From positions 62,001 to 126,000 of the forward strand of contig JAQGDQ010000470.1 in NCBI GenBank assembly GCA_030141605.1: 64,000 nucleotides of DNA, in the 5' to 3' direction. The notes under the pieces were generated by a model, which did not search any database, was not told the origin of the DNA, and worked only from the letters and a program-made list of their open reading frames with translations. The position numbers and the translations under genes were made by a program. Origin of the DNA: Tubiluchus corallicola (Eukaryota; Animalia; Priapulida). Every line of letters starts with the position of its first letter. The first letter of the stretch is position 1. Shown here in pieces: positions 13,101 through 25,755 of the stretch.

Positions 13101-16100
13101 TGACACAAACAAAAAGCAGCAAAAGTACAGACATGATGAGAATGTGCTCGGACAAAGTCAGGCAATTTATAGGCAGATAAAAGTGCCCTGTAGTCTAAAG
13201 CAGGAATATTATACAGGTATGACTGTTTAATGGAAAACGGATGATTGTGTACACATTAGTTCAGAATAAAGAATGCTCGAAAAATATTGAAAACTGCAAT
13301 ACCTCTTTTTAAATCAAAGCTTAGATTAAATAATAATTACCTCGGATACTCAAATTTCGTTAAACTTTCAAAGCTACGCACAGCTCAGTGAATCTCTTAA
13401 GATTGGCAGCGGCGCCTTTTTGTCACATTCTTGTTGCCGACAAATAGAAGGCGGTACCGTGATAAGCATGATCATGAACTGCAGTGTTAGTTTCTGACGT
13501 CATATGATGTAGAGCCCATTTTTCGTGCGTTTAAACAGTACTGTAACACTTATGCAAATGTACTTGACGCGCAAGCGAGATGCCTGTCATTGCACAAACT
13601 GTGGTTAGTTTCTGCGTAAGCAATAGCTGAGTTCGGTTGCCGTTAATTAACTTTCTAAGCTAATTATTCAAATATAAGGAACAATTGCTAACTTTTATGG
13701 GCAAGAAAATGTATATTTTGGACAGTAAATTAAAATGAGATTGAGTCTAAAAAATCGTCCGGTCTTCCTTTAAACTTTGGCTTATTTAGTTTGACAAGAC
13801 AGAAAGTTGCCAGCTCATGTGACATCCTCCGCCTCGACCATCAGTGTCATCCCTGTAAAAGGGAGTCCAGAATCCAGCCCTAGCGCACAGTTTGCGTGCG
13901 GCTCCCCCACCACATTGACCGCCGTCGCCATCCGGGTACCACTCGTAGCAGAGTTGCATCCTCCTGGCCCAGGGCTCAGCATTGCTAGGAACGCTCAGTT
14001 TCCATGACATCCTGCACCCGCCTCCTCGACCGTCCGTGTCATCCCGATAGTAGGGCGTGTACTGCCCCACCTGTACACACCTGATGTACTTGTGGTTACG
14101 TTGATTCACACCATTGCACTTCTAACCATAGGTGGGTTTGGTTATCGTTAATTAGCTTTCTAAGCTTATTCAAATATAAGAAACAATTGCTTACTTTTAT
14201 ATGCAAGAAAATCTATATTTTGGACAGAAAATTGAAACGAGATTGAGTCTAAACAATCGTCCGGTCTTCCTTTAAACAAAAGTTTATTTTTGTATTTATT
14301 ATACTCTGTTATACATCTCTTCTCCATGTTGTACTACTTTTGTGAAATGTGTACTTGCAAATCAAAATCCTTCACAAGCTGGCATAGCTAAATGCACATT
14401 ATGACCGGAACGTCAATGAGAAAAGATGCCATTACTGTAAATTTTGCATGCGTGTTCCAGTCAATGAGAAAAGATGCCATTACTGTAAATTTTGCATGCG
14501 TGTTCCAGTCAATGAGAAAAGATGCCATTACTGTAAATTTTGCGTGCATGTTCTGGCCAATGAGAAAAGATGCCATTACTGTAAATTTTGCGTGCATGTT
14601 CCGGTCAATGAGAAAAGATGCCAATACTGTAAATTTTGCATGCGTGTGCCGGTCAATGAGAAAAGATGCCATTACTGTAAATTTTGCATGCGTGTTCCGG
14701 TCAATGAGAAAAGATGCCATTACTGTAAATTTTGCGTGCATGTTCCGGTCAATGAGAAAAGATGCCAATACTGTAAATTTTGCATGCGTGTTCCGGTCAA
14801 TGATAAAAGATGCCATTACTGTAAATTTTGCGTGCGTGTTCCGGTCAATGATAAAAGATGCCATTACTGTAAGTTTTGCGTGCATGTTCCGGTCAATGAG
14901 AAAAGATGCCAATACTGTAAATTTTGCGTGCGTGTTCCGGTCAATGAGAAAAGATGCCAATACTGTAAATTTTGCATGCGTGTTCCGGTCAATGAGAAAA
15001 GATGCCATTACTGTAAGCTTTGCGTGCATGTTCCGGTCAATGAGAAAAGATGCCAATACTGTAAATTTTGCGTGCATGTTCCGGTCAATGAGAAAAGATG
15101 CCAATACTGTAAATTTTGCATGCGTGTTCCGGTCAATGAGAAAAGATGCCAATACTGTAAATTTTGCATGCGTGTTCCGGTCAATGAGAAAAGATGCCAA
15201 TACTGTAAATTTTGCATGCGTGTTCCGGTCAATGAGAAAAGATGCCATTACTGTAAATTTTGCGTGCATGTTCCGGTCAATGAGAAAAGATGCCATTACT
15301 GTAAATTTTGCGTGCATGTTCCGGTCAATGAGAAAAGATGCCAATACTGTAAATTTTGTATGCGTGTGCCGGTCAATGAGAAAAGATGCCATTACTGTAA
15401 ATTTTGCATGCGTGTTCCGGTCAATGAGAAAAGGTGCCATTACTGTAAATTTTGCATGCATGTTCCGGTCAATGAGAAAAGATGCCAATACTGTAAATTT
15501 TGCATGCGTGTTCCGGTCAATGAGAAAAGATGCCATTACTGTAAGTTTTGCGTGCGTGTTCCGGTCAATGAGAAAAGATGCCAATACTGTAAATTTTGCG
15601 TGCGTGTTCCGGTCAATGAGAAAAGATGCCAATACTGTAAATTTTGCATGCGTGTTCCGGTCAATGAGAAAAGATGCCAATACTGTAAATTTTGCGTGCG
15701 TGTTCCGGTCAATGAGAAAAGATGCCATTACTGTAAATTTTGCATGCGTGTTCCGGTCAATGATAAAAGATGCCATTACTGTAAGTTTTGCGTGCATGTT
15801 CCGGTCAATGTGAAAAGATGCCAATACTGTAAATTTTGCGTGCGTGTTCCGGTCAATGAGAAAAGATGCCATTACTGTAAGTTTTGCGTGCGTGTTCCGG
15901 TCAATGAGAAAAGATGCCAATACTGTAAATTTTGCGTGCGTGTTCCGGTCAATGAGAAAAGATGCCAATACTGTAAATTTTGCATGCGTGTTCCGGTCAA
16001 TGAGAAAAGATGCCAGTACTGTAAATTTTGCATGCGTGTTCCGGTCAATGAGAAAAGATGCCAATACTGTAAATTTTGCGTGCGTGTTCCGGTCAATGAG

Positions 16101-19100
16101 AAAAGATGCCAATACTGTAAATTTTGCGTGCGTGTTCCGGTCAATGAGAAAAGATGCCAATACTGTAAATTTTGCATGCGTGTTCCGGTCAATGAGAAAA
16201 GATGCCAGTACTGTAAATTTTGCATGCGTGTTCCGGTCAATGAGAAAAGATGCCAATACTGTAAATTTTGCATGCGTGTTCCGGTCAATGAGAAAAGATG
16301 CTAATACTGTAAATTTTGCATGCATGTTCCGGTCAATGAGAAAAGATGCCAATACTGTAAATTTTGCATGCATTTTCCAGTCAATGAGAAAAGATGCTAA
16401 TACTGTAAATTTTGCATGCGTGTTTGAATTTCATTGCCTTGACACTTGGTTTTTCAGATTCGGGTCTGATCATTCCTTGTGTGACGTATGACCTACGTAG
16501 CAAGTTAATTGCTTTGGCAGAAAAAGAGGGACTAAGCGTAGAGAGGCAAGTGGAGATGGTAGGAAGATCAGCCAGTGAGATGGTGTTACAGTTGCTTGGT
16601 GGATGCCATAGGTAACAAGTTTTTTCTGCACTATTGTTTTAATAAAATCTAATCAGTTTTTTTATAAGCAAAACTAAAAAATGCAAAAATTAAGATTTTT
16701 ATGGAATTAAAATTGTTTGTGGAATTAAAATGTTGGAAATTTTCCACACAAGCAAGAAACACGTTCAGATTTTTAGCAGGGATCACTAGCATGCATTGCA
16801 AAGAAGCCATGTTGCTGTGTTTTCTGCAGTGTTGACATGATTAATCCACACTGCCCCAGGCCTAGTCAACTGATAAAGACGGATCTGGATCTGGATTTAT
16901 TCAGTCTTGCTCTCAACAAACAGATTTTAGTTATTTTTAACGTTTTTGTAAATTAGCTTACACCTGCTTTCATTCCTAAATAGAATAAAATAGCAAAAAG
17001 CTGGTTTCGTTGCAGAATAAATCCGGAAAATTCACATCAGCGTGCGACGGTCGTTGTTCTATGTGGTCCACACATCCAAGGAGCCCAGGGAGTATGCTGC
17101 GGAAGACATTTGTCCAATCACAATGTGGACGTTACCGTATTCGTGCCAAACTTTGTCAAGGTGTTACAGTGTCTACAGTCAGAGATAAGTTTGTTCAAGT
17201 CAACGCAAGGCAGACAAACACAGAATGTGAAAGGTAAGAGGAAAAATTTTCTTATATTTCGTATTCTAGATGCAGCTGTAAACAAATCCTAATATAGTGT
17301 TATGTTTTGTTTCTCTCGGAAGGCTCGTAGAGAAAACCAGAAAACTCGCCGTTAAATATTACTACTTTATTTAGCGAGAATTCTATAACACAAGAGTATG
17401 AAGGAACGTTGAAATGATTACAATAAACGTGAAAATCTGGAAAGTATTTAAGTAAGTATACAAATAAATGCGTAAGTATAACGTGTTAGATCTGCGTGCG
17501 ATGTCCTGTCGGCGGCCTGCTTTGCCTTATATAGGGCGCTGTAGAAACTTCTCGAACAAATGTTCGAGAACAATCCAGACGGTAAGACGGTCATTCTAAC
17601 GGAACATTGTACAATGTTCTATGTAATTCTACTTGATGTCAGCGATCTCCACAACATATAATACAAAACAAATAATTCTTTTCTATTTTAATTTCGAATA
17701 GTATTTTGTAATAAAGTGGGTTGTATGTTTGGCGGCACTATATTTTTATTGTTGTTTGAAACAGAATTAGGGTTACTTTAAGATTTCCATTATAGCAAAG
17801 CATGGTTAGTTATACCTATTTCTACAGACATAGATAGTTACATTTTAAGTTTGTGTGCTTGCAAACCAATAAGTCAGCAGAGTTAAAGCTGCGTTATGAT
17901 GCTTCAAAGTAGAATACATCAAAAATTGAGTCAAATATCAATTATTGTTTAGTAAAACAATTGCTAAGTATACTGGACTTTTATGTTCTGGCATAAAACA
18001 TCAGGAATTTTTTTGGAAAATACTAAAAATTTAATTTTATAACTCCTTACCCACTTCTCTGCCTGAAAATTAGTATTGCATATGTCAAAAACTCCGATAG
18101 CAGCTACTCGTGAAGGAAGTTATTTTCCTTGCGGTTTTTTCTGTTGCCAAGCCCAGATTTTTGTTTGGAAGAGTCATCTACAGGATTTAAAGGTGCTGTA
18201 ACTTCATCTTCAAGTGTCCCTGCAAAGTCTATAGCAACCACCCATTTGTACAGTGGTAGCTGTTTTTGTAGAAGTGCCACAAAAAACAATGGCATACTTT
18301 AACAGAGATTTTCTCAAGATTATATTTTTCAGTGTGCAGTCTGCACTTGAACTTCAACATGTATTATCACAGGTTAGAAACAGCACAGAACGTTGAACTT
18401 TAGTATCAAATTCCTCACTATCCTCATGGAATAGGGATTCAGGATACACGAAAAACTAAAAAAAGCCTAAAGGAAAACCGGACGATTGTTTAGACTCAAT
18501 CTCGTTTTAATTTACTGTGCAAAATATACATCTTCTTGCCTATAAAAGTTAACAATTGTTCCTTATATTTAAATAATTATCTTAGGAAGTTATTTAACGG
18601 TAACGGAACACAGCTATTGCTTACGTCAGAAACTAACCACAGTTTGTGCAATGGCAGGCGTTTTCCCTTGCGCATCAAGTACATTTGCATAAGTGTTACA
18701 GTACTGCTTAAACGCATGATGTCACGAAAAATGGGCTTTACGTCATATCACGACAGTAACTAACACTGCAGTTCATGATAATACTTATCACGGTACCGCC
18801 TTCTATTTGTCGGCCAGGCGAATGTGACAAAAAGGCGCTGCTGCCAATCTTAGTAGATTCACAGAACCGTGCATAACTTTGAAAGTTTAACGAAATTTGA
18901 GTATCCGAGGTAATGAGCTATTATAGTTTTCAATATTTTAGAGCATTGTTTATTCTGAAGTCGTGTTTACACAATCATCCGGTTTTCCTTTAACTGTCAG
19001 CTTCTGGACGTTTTTGCTGTGCAAGCACATAATAGTGATAAAATGCTTATAGTTAATTCTTTTATTAACAGACATATGCAGTGGACAAGTAGACATGATC

Positions 19101-19409
19101 ATAAACTGCATGGACAGTCATGATAACTGTCACCTCAGAGATCAATCGTGGTACAAGAATGTGGTCGGATGGGCAAACAGACACCTGGCACCAGTACTAA
19201 GCATTGATCCGCCAACAGACGACCCCGTCCTGGACACAAAATGGTGCCTGTCAATAGCACTTCCACTTAATCTTCCAAAGCCTGCTGGCAAAGTGTATTT
19301 GTGTGACATTGGTGTGCCAACCAGACTGTTCACGAAATTAGGCATATCATATCAGTCGCCTTTTGGCTCAAAATTTGTGATACCACTTCATGTTAATGTT
19401 GAAAAATAG
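10178..19409 (+). CDS. EDC3: Enhancer of mRNA-decapping protein 3; coding exons 10178-10341, 11162-11266, 11740-11894, 12884-13216, 16458-16611, 17016-17233, 19072-19409
   Basis: N-terminal LSm domain (MAEQWIGCDISLDCGEILGVYQGQV), FDF motif (DFDFESNLALFDKAAVFEEI), KYRHDENVL, and YjeF-N domain (DSGLIIPCV; VVVLCGPHIQGAQG; VYLCDIGVP; YQSPFGSKFVIPLH). All introns are GT-AG with compatible phases. The boundaries of exon 3 are the least certain. Confidence 0.93.
11857..12648. repeat. 45-bp minisatellite, about 17.5 copies, spanning the EDC3 exon 3/intron 3 junction
   Basis: Unit gttaactttgcagacaggaaacgaacagtgtcaggtatattccct. A 180-bp four-unit higher-order duplication is visible (12241-12420 vs 12421-12600). 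Confidence 0.95.
13231..13769. mobile_element. Kolobok/T2-type MITE, copy A
   Basis: TTAA on both flanks; imperfect TIRs (tggaaaacggatgattgt ... aaaatcgtccggtcttcct). It is the reverse complement of the copies at 18471 and 57660. Confidence 0.85.
13786..14121 (-). pseudogene. Isolated coding fragment resembling the C-terminal accessory domain of perivitellin-2 67 kDa-like MACPF proteins
   Basis: Open frame KCNGVNQRNHKYIRCVQVGQYTPYYRDDTDGRGGGCRMSW...LCYEWYPDGDGGQCGGGAARKLCAR...YRDDTDGRGGGCHMSWQLSVLSN*. It has a duplicated YRDDTDGRGGGCxMSW motif, is much more GC-rich than its flanks and has no upstream ATG. The family call is from recall. Confidence 0.7.
14140..14271. mobile_element. Partial Kolobok-type MITE (terminal ~130 bp only), copy B, same orientation as copy A
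   Basis: Matches about 13636-13769 and ends in acaatcgtccggtcttcct followed by TTAA. Confidence 0.85.
14410..16424. repeat. 48-bp satellite, about 42 copies, in EDC3 intron 4
   Basis: Unit ccggtcaatgagaaaagatgccaatactgtaaattttgcatgcgtgtt. The array ends about 30 bp before the exon 5 acceptor. Confidence 0.97.
17298..17656 (-). mobile_element. Probable solo LTR
   Basis: TGTTATG...CACAACA inverted termini, a near-identical 5-bp flank (tatag/tataa), and a minus-strand TATATAA box (about 17530) followed by AATAAA (about 17370). Confidence 0.55.
18471..18989. mobile_element. Kolobok/T2-type MITE, copy C (inverted relative to copy A)
   Basis: TIRs aggaaaaccggacgattgt / acaatcatccggttttcct; flanks cTAA and TTAA. 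Confidence 0.88.
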
Positions 19410-20511
19410 TGGTACTAATTTATTTATTAACTTTTAGTTTAGAGAAAATATAATAATAAATTACATGTATTTATAAATCCATGTATTAATAACATGAATG
19501 TATTAATTTCAGCATACATTTGTTCTGTTTTTTATACATACAGATATACCACACTGTTCAAATAGGATTATATTCCAGACTTTGGAGAGAAATATGAAAA
19601 CTGAAAATAAGATAACACTGGCATACAAATGTGTATGTCTCTGTGAAGCTGGATTCATTTACACTTCCTTGCATGAATACATATCAGTTAAATAATACAC
19701 AGAAAACGCTTCTCCCTCCTCAGTTTGAACGAGTGCAAAAAAATAAAACATCTAGGCAATACTACTAAACCAACTAGTTCGTTGCCACTTATATTAAAAA
19801 TTAGTAATTAGCAAAACGACTTCTTAAGAACAATAATGAACCTCACATGTAGCTTGTCAAACAATCAAGTAAATGGGATTACATAAACTCCATTTCACTT
19901 ATTCAGCAATTCCTTTATTTGAGGAAGTCCCGCATAACACACGATTCATTGGCTTGAATTAAAGCTGCAGTAATTCATTAAAACAAATGTTTATAGTATT
20001 CCAATTTAGCTGATATTTTTTAATCCTTAGACATTAATGGTTTAGTAATAAACACACACCACTACATGTCATTCACTTAGCCGAGTCACCAGGAATACTA
20101 CACCGAGTCAAAATTAGGTAAAAACAAGTTGTTTTGTCAAAAAAAATGTGCACAAACTAACTTCATCAATGCAGATAAACAAACAACAATGAATGTGTAT
20201 TATGTATTAATATAATATATTTGTATATTGTTCAAATTTGACAATGTGATAACTCCATCTCTACACGCCTTCATTTCATCCAATATAAGTTTATTATTGT
20301 TACACGTCACATACATATTTTCCACAGAGACTTTATTAAACTAATCAATTTATAGAATTTTTAGAAAAAAGTTTACAATTCCCACACACAAGAAATTAGT
20401 TCCTGAAGTGCTTTATGGTTGGGGTACTTAAATCGTTTAAAAGTAACTCCAAAGCAACTGTAAAAAATAATGTAGCTCAGCTTAAACAAAATATTGTACA
20501 TATAACAAAAT

Positions 20512-23500
20512 CTACATCACAAATACTTTTTCAGCATCCGTAATGGAAAAGTCCTGCTTTGTGCGAGGACACACGACTTTTCCATTGCTGCTTGCAGCCA
20601 TTGACATCAAGGCATTTTCACCGTAAATATAGCCATTGGGTAACATCATTGGGTGGTTATGCTCATTCAAAGCTGCTGACGACATGTGACATACAAGTCT
20701 AGATTGAGAGCAGTGAGCAAATGGAAGTTTGCTTGCCAGTTCGTTCAGGTACGGACTGCAAACCGGACAGTCTGGATTCTTGGTGTCATCGTGATAACAC
20801 TGCGGGGTTTTAAGTGAGGATAATCCTGCCTGCAAGGTAACTGTAAACACAGAATAATTGTTCAGCTGGTAAAGTTTGAAGTTGTCGCTGCGAAATTCTT
20901 TTACGAGCTTATGCCACTGGTTAGGGTTTAGCATCTCTGCATATGGGTTGACTTCGGTATCCATGGGAAATGCCAGCAATCCCATGGTTCTTTGCACACA
21001 AACCATCTGATCATCCTCTAGACTCACGAAGTATTTGCGAGCGTGCTCAACCGCCTCCAAACGCCTGTCATTCCGTATCAACTCGATGAATTCCTGTTGT
21101 CTAAGGTTGAATTCCAAATTACTCTTCATCTTTTTAAGCTTTGACTTGTTGTCATAGCACCAGTTCAAGCATTTTGATGTGTCATGGTCTAGCAGGGACT
21201 CTTCCACTTCTTTGGCAACTAGAAATAAGTCCAAGTTTGTGAGGTCTTCAATGTTGTTATGCCTTGCCAGTTTTATTGCTGTTTCATAATAGCCACATCG
21301 TAGGAAATATTCCACTAAAATTCTGTCGAGTCTCTTCTTTTTCCATTGTGATAGGAGGTTAACATTAGCAGTGTCGTGTTCTTTTAAGTGGTCGGTGCGA
21401 CGTTTGCAAACTCTTGCAGCATCTAGTTCATCGCCAATGCTTTCCGTCGCTTTGCGCTTCATAACGTGCAGCTTTTCAACTACATTGTCTAGCATGGCAC
21501 TCACCTACAAAATTATAAAATAACTTGATAATTAAACACTTTCACGACCATAATCTAATAAGCTCGTGAAAGAAATATAATTAGAATTAAAAAGTGTAAA
21601 AAAAAGTTTTGCACTACACTGAGATTCGAACCCAGGCCTCTGTTTTCTGGGTAGCCATTCTAACCACTACACTCGAGAGACACATTGACCTTTCAGATAG
21701 AAATTTACTCTGTGATCTACTAGATCTCTGTGGTCTATCATTGAGGAATCACCATCCACAGTGCATCAATACATAGTAGGAAACTCACGAAAACAATACC
21801 AAGTTAGAAAACCATAAAAAGGTTTGGACTACTCTGAGATTCGAACCCAGGCATTCTGCTTTCCAGGCAACTATGTTAACTATATGTTAAGCCAGGGGTG
21901 TGCAAATTATCTGACTAGCCGGGCCACATTAAACATTCCCGCAATTCCTGCGGGCCACTGGCAGTTTTATCAAGGAGCCAAGTGAGGCCTAATAACGATT
22001 ATTTTGCATCCGACCTGCGTACATCATTACTACTACACTCAAAGAACTATTTTAGAAGTCTTTAAAATTTATATTACAAACCATATATTTCTACTTTCAG
22101 GACAGATAGTGGTAATTTCATTACAATGCATATTAGTAATGTGTATCACACAGTCTGTGTAGTACAGTGACATTAAGCTACAACCGTCTTGTAAGGGTTA
22201 ATGGCATCCGATCTAGTAGAAAAAACTACCCGCACTATCTTTGGGATCGTGGCATGAACTTCAGCTGGATACACTCAATTAATTGCCTGGGCCGCACTTT
22301 CATTAGGTTGATAAATCTCTTCGCGGGCCGCACAAATTCTCTCGGCGGGCCGCAAGTGGCCCGCGGGTCGCAATTTGCACATCCCTGTGTTAAGCGTACC
22401 TCATTTCAAACAAAATTGGCAAAAAAATCAATCATATGTCGTATTTGATACATACAGCAGTAGTTATAAAACAGTAGGTCGAATCATGAATTAAAATTAC
22501 GATGTAAATAGTCTTGCCAAATTTTTAAAGTTCTTTGTTATGTTCAGTCTTTGTTTGCTTGATTGTGTTCTTATCTTAGATGGGATATTCAACTAACATC
22601 CAGAAGTGGTTAGGAAAATATGGGTTGTTTATATGAAAGAAAAATATTTAACGCCTGGCATTGTATGCTATGTTTACAAATTGAGTTTCAGGCCTGGCGT
22701 GTTATTGCCATACGCGGGCATCCATCCATCCGTCTGGTGTCTAAATCCCCTTTATAGCAGGGCAAGTAACGATGCGTATTGACATTGCCAAGCTGAATTT
22801 TTCCTACTCAAATTTGCTAATGCGTATATACATATTTCTTTACACAAGTATGTCGGTGAATTATAATTATGTGTAGATACTTGTGGTGCCAAAGTCGACC
22901 ATTTAACCCACTTAACACTGTTTCAATTGTCAATGTAATCAGATTGGATTTGGAGTCATCTATGCAATCTCTTGTTCATCGAAGGTCTGCTCCAGCACTC
23001 TGAAGATCTCTCTTTATGAGTTCTGAATAGGGTGACCACTTATCCGGACTTTCCTAGACACGTCAGAGAATTAAAGTTGATATGTCCAGGGAACAAATAT
23101 ATCCAGAAATTGTCAGGAAAAATCAGTGCTTTGCCATCGATCTCATAGTTTCAAAATTTACAACCAACTCAAATGCAAATCAACGAAGTTAAATTTAAAT
23201 AAGTGAACCTTTGCCCAGCTCACTTTCCAGCACAATTAATATTGTTAAGAGTGATTTTGTAGCTTTTCAAGTTTGTTTAAAAATTTCATTTGTTTAACTT
23301 ATTTGCTTTCTCCAAATGGGGCGCTCTTTTAGCAGCTCATAAAACGTGGCTAATCCAGTTGAACTGATACACTACTATTTGGAATTCAATGGAGTTATTT
23401 GGAGTTAAATGATCACACATGCGATGATATGTACAATTACATTCTAAAAGCCCAACAGTCATTGAAACTTGGCAGTGAAATCTCAAAATACAGTTTCAAA

Positions 23501-24209
23501 GAAGAAAACATTTGCATATTTGTTGGGGTGTTAAACTCCAAACTTTACATGTTTAAATATTAAATTACAACACAATGTAGCAGTTCTTTTTTATTTTATA
23601 GGCTATGCATAAACACACAAATTTTTAGACTACAAAATATCATTAAGTCTGGATGCCAACTCCTTGCATCATGTTGCCAACCCACTGTGAGTCCGGAGCA
23701 ATTTCTGTAGATGCATATATAAGATACCTATACTACAGGTGCTTACAACTTCGTTTTCACCCCAGACTTGTTGTCTATACGTTATAGAAATGTTTATCGG
23801 AAAACTGTTTTTTGTCAATTACAAGCTCAGTTCGGTTCAACAAGTGAATGTAATAAATAATTTTCGAACTACAACCCTAACCTAGTCTTGTTTGGAATGA
23901 CATCTATAAAAAAGCTAGCGACTCATTACTGAAGTTCACAGTCAATTAAGCAAAACTCGTATAGTCGACTTTAACGGAAAACTACAGATAAGTTAGTAAT
24001 CAGATTCTAGTACTAAAAATAGTGAGATGGAAAACCTCTCCGACAGTAGGCGTCGCATCAACAAGAACAAGACGCTTCTCCAATTCCGACAGCTCATTTT
24101 GTACTTTGGAACTCTCTCTATCCACATTCTTTTGAGCTGCTCTAAATTTTTTGTTTAGAACTTCGTACGGGACTTTCAGGGTCGGATGCTCAAGTGATTT
24201 GACGTCCAT
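20512..24209 (-). CDS. MAEA: E3 ubiquitin ligase CTLH/GID complex subunit MAEA (macrophage erythroblast attacher); exons 24209-24036 and 21504-20512
   Basis: EHPTLKVPYEVLNKKFRAAQKNVDRE N-terminus, LisH/CTLH/CRA region, and a degenerate RING C-terminus (PMMLPNGYIYG...VVCPRTK...AEKVFVM). Joined by a phase-0 GT-AG intron. Confidence 0.95.
21611..21882 (-). mobile_element. Two degenerate tRNA-like heads (SINE or pseudo-tRNA remnants)
   Basis: ctgagattcgaacccaggc (B-box GGTTCGAATC on the minus strand) occurs at about 21620 and 21835. No intact cloverleaf is visible. Confidence 0.4.
21893..22387. mobile_element. hAT-superfamily MITE in the MAEA intron
   Basis: TIRs caggggtgtgcaaat / atttgcacatccctg, a perfect 8-bp TSD tgttaagc (21885-21892, 22388-22395), and GGGCCGC subterminal repeats. 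Confidence 0.9.
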
Positions 24210-25659
24210 CACATTCTTTTGTTCTGTACCGCCAGTCGCCAAAGAAAATCATGTAAAGTTTATTTTCTGTAATCTGTACCACCTCTTTTCAGCTGAGCTT
24301 GGAAGTCGGCAAAACGAAAACAAAATGAAGTGAATATCGCTCTGCTATTATTCGATGTCGATTTGTTTATAATATCATTCGGTGACATGGGATTTATGAT
24401 TAAAAAACATTAAAACGCCATAGTAACAGCTAGTATGATTGTAATACCAAATAAAAGAAAAATATCAGAATGCTCAAGAAGGGTGTAACTTCACCCTCGT
24501 TGTTCATCAATAATATCGAATCTCTTGAATGTATAGTGCTGCTTCATGACTAAGATTGCTCGTGTTACTCTACTTCAGTTGTAAATTATTACTCTGCTTT
24601 ATATAAAGTGATTAACGAAAGCAACAATCCGTTTTCGTAGAGCTCTAGAAGCTCCATTATACCATGAATCTAGAATTATCCCAAAAATTAATGTTGTAGT
24701 GTGCACAATTCTCAATCCATGACTATATACTGTAGAAATTACTGCTGGCGGGGATGTATTACTGCATTAGGTCATCAAAGAAAATTTGTGTTAGAACTGT
24801 AATTTCTTCTCCTGTTCATCAGTTAATGTACAATCAGTTAATGAACAATCTGTTGCAGCAACCAGCACCTAGAATAGTAGTTGTTTAGATACTACTGAGC
24901 TTGGACTGTAGCAATGTACATCATTTAAGGATTTATAAGCATAACTAATAATAACATATAATGTTATATTACTTAAAATACATATAATTGTTACGTAATA
25001 ATAAAATAATATTATGTAATGTTGTCTATGGGTATAAACACCTTTGAGGGATGTCATAAGGTGATTTGGGAGAGTACTTATTAATGACAAAACCTTCATA
25101 CCATTGCAGCTGATCATTGCAGTTAAAAATGCAGGATAAAGCTCAGCTTTACACAGCATTAAGATCAAGTGACAATACTAGTTACTATTGCTGGAAGCAA
25201 AGTGTATATATATAAACACAGTAATACAAGCTGGCACAGTGCACTGTTGTAGTACTTGTGAAAAGTAGCAACGAACTTATCTCCCTCCCCCTGTGAATGG
25301 TGAATAAAACCGAATTAGGCATTTGAGATTGCTAAACAAAAAAGCAGAAAAAAGGAAAAAGAACGAAATACAAAAATGAACATAGGTCTGAAAGGATTTA
25401 CATTTTTAGACTTTGCTTTGACTTTTTGCTTGCTTCTCCTCTTTTTGTTAGCTATATTTACTTGTTTGCTTTTCAAATTCCAACTTGATTCTTATTTATT
25501 TGTTTAGTTTTTTATTTAATTAATTGCTGGTTCCCTCAAAAAGTTTGTTATACTGATTTCTATTTCATTCACCATTTATTCAAACAATGAGGAGCATATA
25601 GTCCATTTTGTTGCTGTTGTCATTGTTAACATATGACTAGTATTATTGTTATTATTACG

Positions 25660-25685
25660 ATTGTTGTTGTTGTTGTTATTATGAA

Positions 25686-25752
<67 letters not shown>
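25660..25752. repeat. (GTT)n/(ATT)n microsatellite
   Basis: Seen directly in the sequence. Confidence 0.95.

Positions 25753-25755
<3 letters not shown>

Noticed and set aside
11857-16424. CRISPR-like arrays
   Set aside because: The repeats are head-to-tail without unique spacers, there are no cas genes, and the context is eukaryotic.
14388-16491. Long ORFs of 473-661 aa, one with repeated CxxCxxC resembling a zinc-finger or metallothionein array
   Set aside because: They are translations of a 48-bp intronic satellite that is open in several frames on both strands, with no unique flanking protein sequence.
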